A DNA stretch of 64,000 bases from an uncultured delta proteobacterium. Its GTDB lineage: Bacteria > Myxococcota_A > Polyangia > Polyangiales > JAFGIB01. Each line of letters opens with the position of its first letter. The first letter of the stretch is position 1. Made by a program: the position numbers and the translations under genes. This document shows, one piece after another, positions 58,543-64,000 of this stretch. Under the pieces are notes generated by a model. The model was not told where the DNA came from and did no database searches. It worked only from the letters and a program-made list of their open reading frames with translations. The stretch is from positions 32,001 to 96,000 of the forward strand of contig CAVZVA010000009.1 of NCBI GenBank assembly GCA_963778655.1. Reading direction: 5' to 3'.

Positions 58543-59701
58543 CCTGCGCCTCCCCGATGGGCGTCTTCACGAACCCGCGCAAAGCGAGCCACTGCTCGAC
58601 GAGCGTCGCGTCCTCGTTGCGGGTGTAGCTCGCGATGTTGTTCGGGCGGATGGTCACGGTGCGCGGGGTCTTCTGGCCGGTGAACCTCACGAGGAAGCTC
58701 GCCTTCACGAGCCGCCCCTTGGGCACCGAGCGCTCGTGCGCGGCCCACGCGGCGAAGAGGTCCTTTGCCTTGTGCGTGGTGCTCTCGCCGTAGGCGCCGC
58801 CCCAGTAGACCTGCAGCTCCTTCAGCACGACCGAGTCGATGCCCTCGACGTCGCTGCAGACGAGCGATTCGGCGCCGGCCTCCTGGAGCGGCTCGAGCGT
58901 GAACTTCGCCGTATCCGGGAAGTGCTTGGCGTCGTCGAAGAGCAGGACGCCGACCAGCTCGCGGTAGTGCTCGGCGAGCTTCTTGTTGCCCTCGGCGTTG
59001 ATGGCAAGCTCGCCGAGCCCCTCGTCGTACTTGAGCAGGTCGTACTTTTCGGGCCGGTAGTACACCGAGGTGGTCTTGGCCTTCTCGATCGCGCCCTCGC
59101 GCTTGTACGGATCGCCGCGTCGCACGAGAAACCAAACGCCGTCGGCGCGCGGGAAGATGAACAGCTTGCAGGTGCGGCCGCGCTTCATGAGGTCGAGCCG
59201 CACGCCCATCGTGTCCTCGAACGCCCGCACCCGCTTCGCGCCGGGCACGTGGTACCGCGTGTCGGCGCCATCCTTCGCTTGGAAGTAGACGAAGGTCCGC
59301 TTGCAATCGAGCAGCACCTGCTCGGCGTGCTTCTGCTCGAGGAGCGCGGGCGCTCGCAGCCGCACCTGCACCGCGACGTCGGCGGGCGTTGGCTCGTCGT
59401 CGAGATCGAGCTCCACCTTCGCGGCCTCGGCCGCCTCGAGCAGCGCGTCCATGCCGGGCTGGGTGGCCATCTCGTCGACGTAGTAGAGGTCGTCGATGAG
59501 CGTGCTGGGGGGTTGCTCGGGCGCCATGAGCACGCCGGCGATCGCCTCGTAGTCAGGGCCGGCTCCGTTGAACGCGCCGAAGTTCACGCCGCGCTCGGCG
59601 AAGTAGTCGGCGTGCCTGCCGAGGAGCGCCATCAGGAACTGCGGCCGGACGGCGCGAAGCGTCTCGGCATTGGCGAAGTGTCGGAGCTTGAACGAGGCCA
59701 T
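58508..59701 (-). CDS. Conserved hypothetical protein downstream of ImmA/Xre
   Basis: GGAGG RBS; WFLVRRG.P.KRE, YRPE.YD motifs. Confidence 0.8.
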   Translation of the reverse strand: MASFKLRHFANAETLRAVRPQFLMALLGRHADYFAERGVNFGAFNGAGPDYEAIAGVLMAPEQPPSTLIDDLYYVDEMATQPGMDALLEAAEAAKVELDLDDEPTPADVAVQVRLRAPALLEQKHAEQVLLDCKRTFVYFQAKDGADTRYHVPGAKRVRAFEDTMGVRLDLMKRGRTCKLFIFPRADGVWFLVRRGDPYKREGAIEKAKTTSVYYRPEKYDLLKYDEGLGELAINAEGNKKLAEHYRELVGVLLFDDAKHFPDTAKFTLEPLQEAGAESLVCSDVEGIDSVVLKELQVYWGGAYGESTTHKAKDLFAAWAAHERSVPKGRLVKASFLVRFTGQKTPRTVTIRPNNIASYTRNEDATLVEQWLALRGFVKTPIGEAQDADVAPAAAFA

Positions 59702-59841
59702 GGCTCAGCCCTCCTCGCGAGCGAAGAGGACGCCGCGAAGCGACGTCTGGGTGGGGGCGGTGGTGGTGAGCTGCATGGGCGACGTCTCCTGTGAACTGTG
59801 AACTAAACCGTGGACACTCCGAGCACGGCAAAGCCGTGCGG

Positions 59842-60543
59842 CTAAAGCAGGCTCCTCTGCGGATTCGACGCGTCGAGGACGAGGTTCAGGTCCAGGAGGC
59901 GGTAACGCATCGCCTCGTTCGACACGTTCGTGAAGTTGCCCTTCGTCATGACCTCGGTGGCGAGGTCGCGGAGCTTCTCGTCGAGCACGCGGGCCTTCCG
60001 CTTCGCCTCGACGTCTTCCCAGGTCGGCAGCGTGTCACCGCAGAGCGCACGCATGGTGGCGCGCACATCGGCCGCAGGCATGAGGAGCGCGGCTGCGAAC
60101 CTGTCCGCCTGCCACTCGGCGGGCGCCTTCTTCTGGCTGGAGCGGCAGAAGATGGTGGGCTGCTGGCGCACGTCGTCCTTCCCGAACAGCGTGGCGGTGA
60201 CCTGCTCCATCTCGATGAGCGGGCGGTGCAGGTACCAGTGCCCGCCCTCGTGGGCGAGCGTGAAGGCGAGGCGCCCCTCCTTGCCCTCGATCATCAGGGA
60301 CTCGTCGATGAAGACACGCTGGTCCTTGATGAACGTCGCGCCGAGCACGTCGGGCACGCCGATGAAGTCGGGCAGGTCGATGTAGACGAGGTCGAGCTCG
60401 AAGTACCCCTCGAGGATGTTCTCGACGTCGATGGGCGCGCGCACGGGCTTGCCCTTGTCCTTGGCGTACTTGTGCAGCAGCTCGTTGGCCGCGCGCTCGA
60501 CCTGCTTCTCGTGCAGGAAGGGGACCTTCAGCTCTGGAATCAT
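59842..60543 (-). CDS. ImmA/IrrE-family metallopeptidase
   Basis: R.AFTLAHE.GH, EWQAD.FAA.LLMP, VS..A..YRL. Confidence 0.92.
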   Translation of the reverse strand: MIPELKVPFLHEKQVERAANELLHKYAKDKGKPVRAPIDVENILEGYFELDLVYIDLPDFIGVPDVLGATFIKDQRVFIDESLMIEGKEGRLAFTLAHEGGHWYLHRPLIEMEQVTATLFGKDDVRQQPTIFCRSSQKKAPAEWQADRFAAALLMPAADVRATMRALCGDTLPTWEDVEAKRKARVLDEKLRDLATEVMTKGNFTNVSNEAMRYRLLDLNLVLDASNPQRSLL

Positions 60544-60893
60544 TTGCCCCCCTTCTTCTTGGTCTCGAGCCACTCCAGGAACTCCGCGCCCGTCACGTTT
60601 TGCTCGCGGGCGCGCCGCAACATCACGGGCATGTCCGGGTCCGCCTTGATCAGCTTCTCGACGTCCTCTGGCACGCGGCCGGCGAGCTGCATCAGCTCGT
60701 CGAAGTTGTCCCCCAAGACGTCGGCCAGGGCGCGGAGCGTCTTCTCGGTGGGCGGGCTCGGGTCGAGGCAGTTCTCGACGCGCGACAGGTACGTCGGCGA
60801 GACGCCGACCTTGCTCGCTGTCTCGCGAAGGCTCAGGTCGCGGGCGATGCGCACGCGCTTGAGGCGATGTCCGAGTTTCTCTCGCTTGGCCAT
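60540..60893 (-). CDS. Xre-family HTH repressor
   Basis: LSLRE.A..VGVS..YLSRVE; coupled to ImmA. Confidence 0.92.
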   Translation of the reverse strand: MAKREKLGHRLKRVRIARDLSLRETASKVGVSPTYLSRVENCLDPSPPTEKTLRALADVLGDNFDELMQLAGRVPEDVEKLIKADPDMPVMLRRAREQNVTGAEFLEWLETKKKGGK

Positions 60894-60931
60894 GTCGCTC
60901 GCTCGTCCCGGGCGGCATGCCCGGGAGGTGT

Positions 60932-60995
60932 TGTGCAGTAGATACTGCACACTGCACAGGGGGCGCAAGAGGGATCATCAGGCAGCAGATGATCC
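60932..60995. promoter_or_regulatory. Two palindromes in switch region: TGTGCAGTA-GA-TACTGCACA and GGGATCATC...GATGATCCC
   Basis: Perfect 9-bp arms between divergent repressor and recombinase operons. Confidence 0.65.
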
Positions 60996-60998
60996 CCC

Positions 60999-61031
60999 TG
61001 TCCCACCGCGCCCATCGGGGCCGCGTTTCCC
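60999..61031 (+). promoter_or_regulatory. Class-A motif, ATG 5 nt downstream
   Basis: TGTCCCA-N17-GCGTTTCCC-GTCCC-ATG. Confidence 0.72.
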
Positions 61032-61036
61032 GTCCC

Positions 61037-61222
61037 ATGAACGCGATCCCGACGCCGCCCGCGAGCGCGGCCACACCTGCCACCGAGAGCGCCGAGGAGC
61101 GCCACGCCGACCGTGAGCGCCGCCTCGACGAGGCCGCCTCGATCCTCGCCGTGACGCTGCTCGACATGTGGCGGCGCGAGCGCCGCGCACGACGCGAAGC
61201 CGCGAGCGGAGGTGCGTCGTGA
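61037..61222 (+). CDS. Small protein preceding DUF2924
   Basis: ERRLDEAASILA motif; follows class-A motif. Confidence 0.6.
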   Translation: MNAIPTPPASAATPATESAEERHADRERRLDEAASILAVTLLDMWRRERRARREAASGGAS

Positions 61223-61323
61223 GGTCGTCGCTCTCCCAGGCTCTCGCCTTGTCTTCCACGGGGGAAGAAGCCGTCATGCCCCAGGCGCGTGGGCATGGCG
61301 CTCCCGCGAACCACGGAGACACG

Positions 61324-61901
<578 letters not shown>

Positions 61902-61905
<4 letters not shown>

Positions 61906-62084
61906 GCAGCGACTTCTTCCGCACCCGCATGGGCCAGACGTTCTACGAAGCGACGATGCCGTCGCTCGTGCGCGAGCTGGCGCGCCTGAACCAGACCCTC
62001 GAGCGGCTCGTCACCCTCGCCGAGAAGCGAGAGGCGAAGCTGGCCGAGCCCGTGACCACCGAGCCCGCGCCGGAGGAGCGATGA
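61902..62084 (+). CDS. Small coiled-coil protein
   Basis: FF.T.MG..FYE.T.P.L..EL.RLN; ATGA overlaps. Confidence 0.75.
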
Positions 62085-63628
62085 GCAGGCGCCCCACCAG
62101 GAGCAGCGTCGAGCCCGAGACGAGGCGCGTCGCCATCTACACGCGCAAGTCGACGACGATGGGGCTCGAGCAGGAGTTCAACTCCCTCGACTCCCAGCGC
62201 GAATCTTGCCTCGCGTACATCCAGCGCCAGCCGGGTTGGAAGCTCGTCGACGAGCGCTACGACGACGGTGGCTTCACGGGCGCGAACATCGACCGCCCCG
62301 CGTTCACGCGCCTGATGGCCGACGTTGAGGCGGGCAAGGTCGACGTCATCGTCGTCTACAAGGTCGACCGCCTCTCGCGCTCGCTCCTCGACTTCGTGAA
62401 GGTGATGGAGCGCCTCGGTGCCGCGGGCGCCTCGTTCGTCTCGGTGACGCAGAACTTCTCGACGGCCGACGCGATGGGCCGGCTGACGATGAACATGCTG
62501 ATGTCCTTCGCCGAGTTCGAACGGGAGATGATCAGCGAGCGCACCCGCGACAAGATCGCCGGCGCCCGTCGCAAGGGGAAGTGGACGGGCGGGCCGGTGC
62601 CCTACGGCTACTCGGTGAAGGACAAGAAGCTCCTCGTCAACGAGCTCGAGGCGCGCGTCGTCCGCGAGGCCTTCGACCTGTTCCTGATGCACCGCCAGCA
62701 GGCGAAGGTGGCGCACCTGCTGAACGATCGGATGCTCCTGCCGCGCGGCTCCAAGGTCACCAAGAAGCTCGCGTGGTCGAAGGAGGGCGTCGGCCGCATC
62801 CTCAAGAGCCCCATCTACGCCGGCTTCATGATGTACGGCGACGAGCTGCACCCCGGCGAGCACCCGCCGCTGATCGAGGAGTCCACCTACCGCGCCGCGC
62901 AGGCCATCCTCGCGGGCACGAGCCGCGTGGTGCGGTGGACCGGCACGAACCCCGACTACGTCCTCCGCAGCCTCGTGCGCTGCGCGCTCTGCGGCGAGAT
63001 GATGTGCCCAGGCTCGACGACGAAGCCCTCCACCGGGAAGACGCACAGGTACTATCGGTGTTCGCGGCGCGAGAAGTACGGCAAGGACCAGTGCGCCGGA
63101 AGGCCGCTGCCCGCCGCCGCGCTCGAGGAGTTCGTCGTCGCCCGCATCTCGAACGCGACCGCCGACGGCTCGCTGGCCGAGCGCGTCGCGAAGCACCTCG
63201 AGACGCTCACCGCCGGCAAGGGTGAGGACTTCGGCAAGCTGCGCGCGGAGCTGGCGACGCAGGATCGCCGAGTGCTCGGCAAACGCCTCCCGGCTCACCG
63301 AGGAGTTGGTGCGCCTCGACGGACGTGCGCGCGAGCTCGTCGAGCAGAAGCTCGGCGTCGAGGCTGACCGTCTTGCCGCCGAGTGAGCAGCAGCTACGCG
63401 ACCTAGAGCGCGACGCCGCCGAGCTGGAGATCGCCAGGAAGGACCACGCCTGGTTCGTCGCCGCGCTCCGCGACTTCGCCAAGGTCTGGGTGAACATGTC
63501 CCCCGACAACCAGGGGCGCTTCCTGCGCGCGCTCATCGACAAGGTGGTGCGTCGACGAGGACAAGGGCACGTGTCGCGTGGAGCTGATCGACTTCGGCGC
63601 CGCGTCGGGCACGAAGGAGGCTGCGTGA
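62081..63628 (+). CDS. Large serine recombinase (integrase); +1 frameshifts near 63263, 63384, 63550
   Basis: YTRKS, SL..QR, Y.D.G.TG, DRLSRS, FAEFERE...ER, C..C Zn ribbon, YYRC. Confidence 0.92.
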
Positions 63629-64000
63629 GCGACCGGCAGACCAGCGAAGAGGGCGCGACGAAGAACACGCCGAGCGACTACCGGGTCATCGAGGAGCCGA
63701 TCTTCTGGCGCCGAAGCCGCAGCGTGCACGCTCACCCCGACGCCGCCGCCCGACAAGCCCGAGCCCGTGCGACGCCCTGCCAAGGTTGCCCGGCAGCTCG
63801 CGCTCGCGCACCACCTCCAGGCCGCCATCGAGCGCGGGCTCGTGGCCGACCAGGCCGCCCTGGCCCGCAAGCTGGGGCTCACGCGCGCCCGGGTCACGCA
63901 GCTCTTCGACCTGCTCATGCTGGCCGGCGACCTCCAGGAGCAGGTGCTGGCCCTCGAAGCGGTCGACGGCGCCGAGCCGATGGCCGAGCGGACGCTCCGC
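63625..64000 (+). CDS. HTH protein typical of DUF2924-recombinase modules; +1 frameshift near 63727; truncated by edge
   Basis: ARQLALAH..Q..I..G...LARKLGLTRARVTQL..L..LA.DLQE. Confidence 0.75.
   Translation, partial: MSDRQTSEEGATKNTPSDYRVIEEPIFWRRSRSVHAHPDAAARQARARATPCQGCPAARARAPPPGRHRARARGRPGRPGPQAGAHARPGHAALRPAHAGRRPPGAGAGPRSGRRRRADGRADAP

Overview
High-GC window (roughly 70% by eye; a Myxococcota-type host is an inference) that is almost entirely one temperate myovirus-like prophage. Left to right: defence-like cargo (DUF429-type nuclease, AbiJ-NTD/endonuclease, 1-2.3 kb); a minus-strand array of small genes plus an amidoligase and two gamma-glutamylcyclotransferases, most units headed by the same promoter-like repeat (2.3-7.3 kb); holin and amidase; a contractile tail with T4/eCIS-like parts (8.3-30.7 kb); head and packaging genes (30.7-43.3 kb); a leftward recombination/nuclease operon containing one sigma-like gene; a putative origin (~48.0-48.4 kb); a rightward operon with a second sigma-like gene, SSB, two helicases and a primase-helicase; an ImmA/Xre switch; and a DUF2924-large serine recombinase module running off the right edge. 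Most striking: (1) in the prohead-protease slot sits a polyprotein of two Dam-like methyltransferases fused to an XkdF-type protease core, whose missing motif is at the N-terminus of the next (scaffold) gene; (2) three distinct families of fixed-spacing bipartite promoter-like motifs, two of which fit a cascade driven by the two phage sigma paralogues, each sigma gene carrying one motif copy in its own 3' end; (3) a stand-alone copy of the primase C-terminal domain beside the putative origin. About ten single-base insertions break core genes and look like long-read errors. All family assignments are from motif recognition by eye, not database searches.
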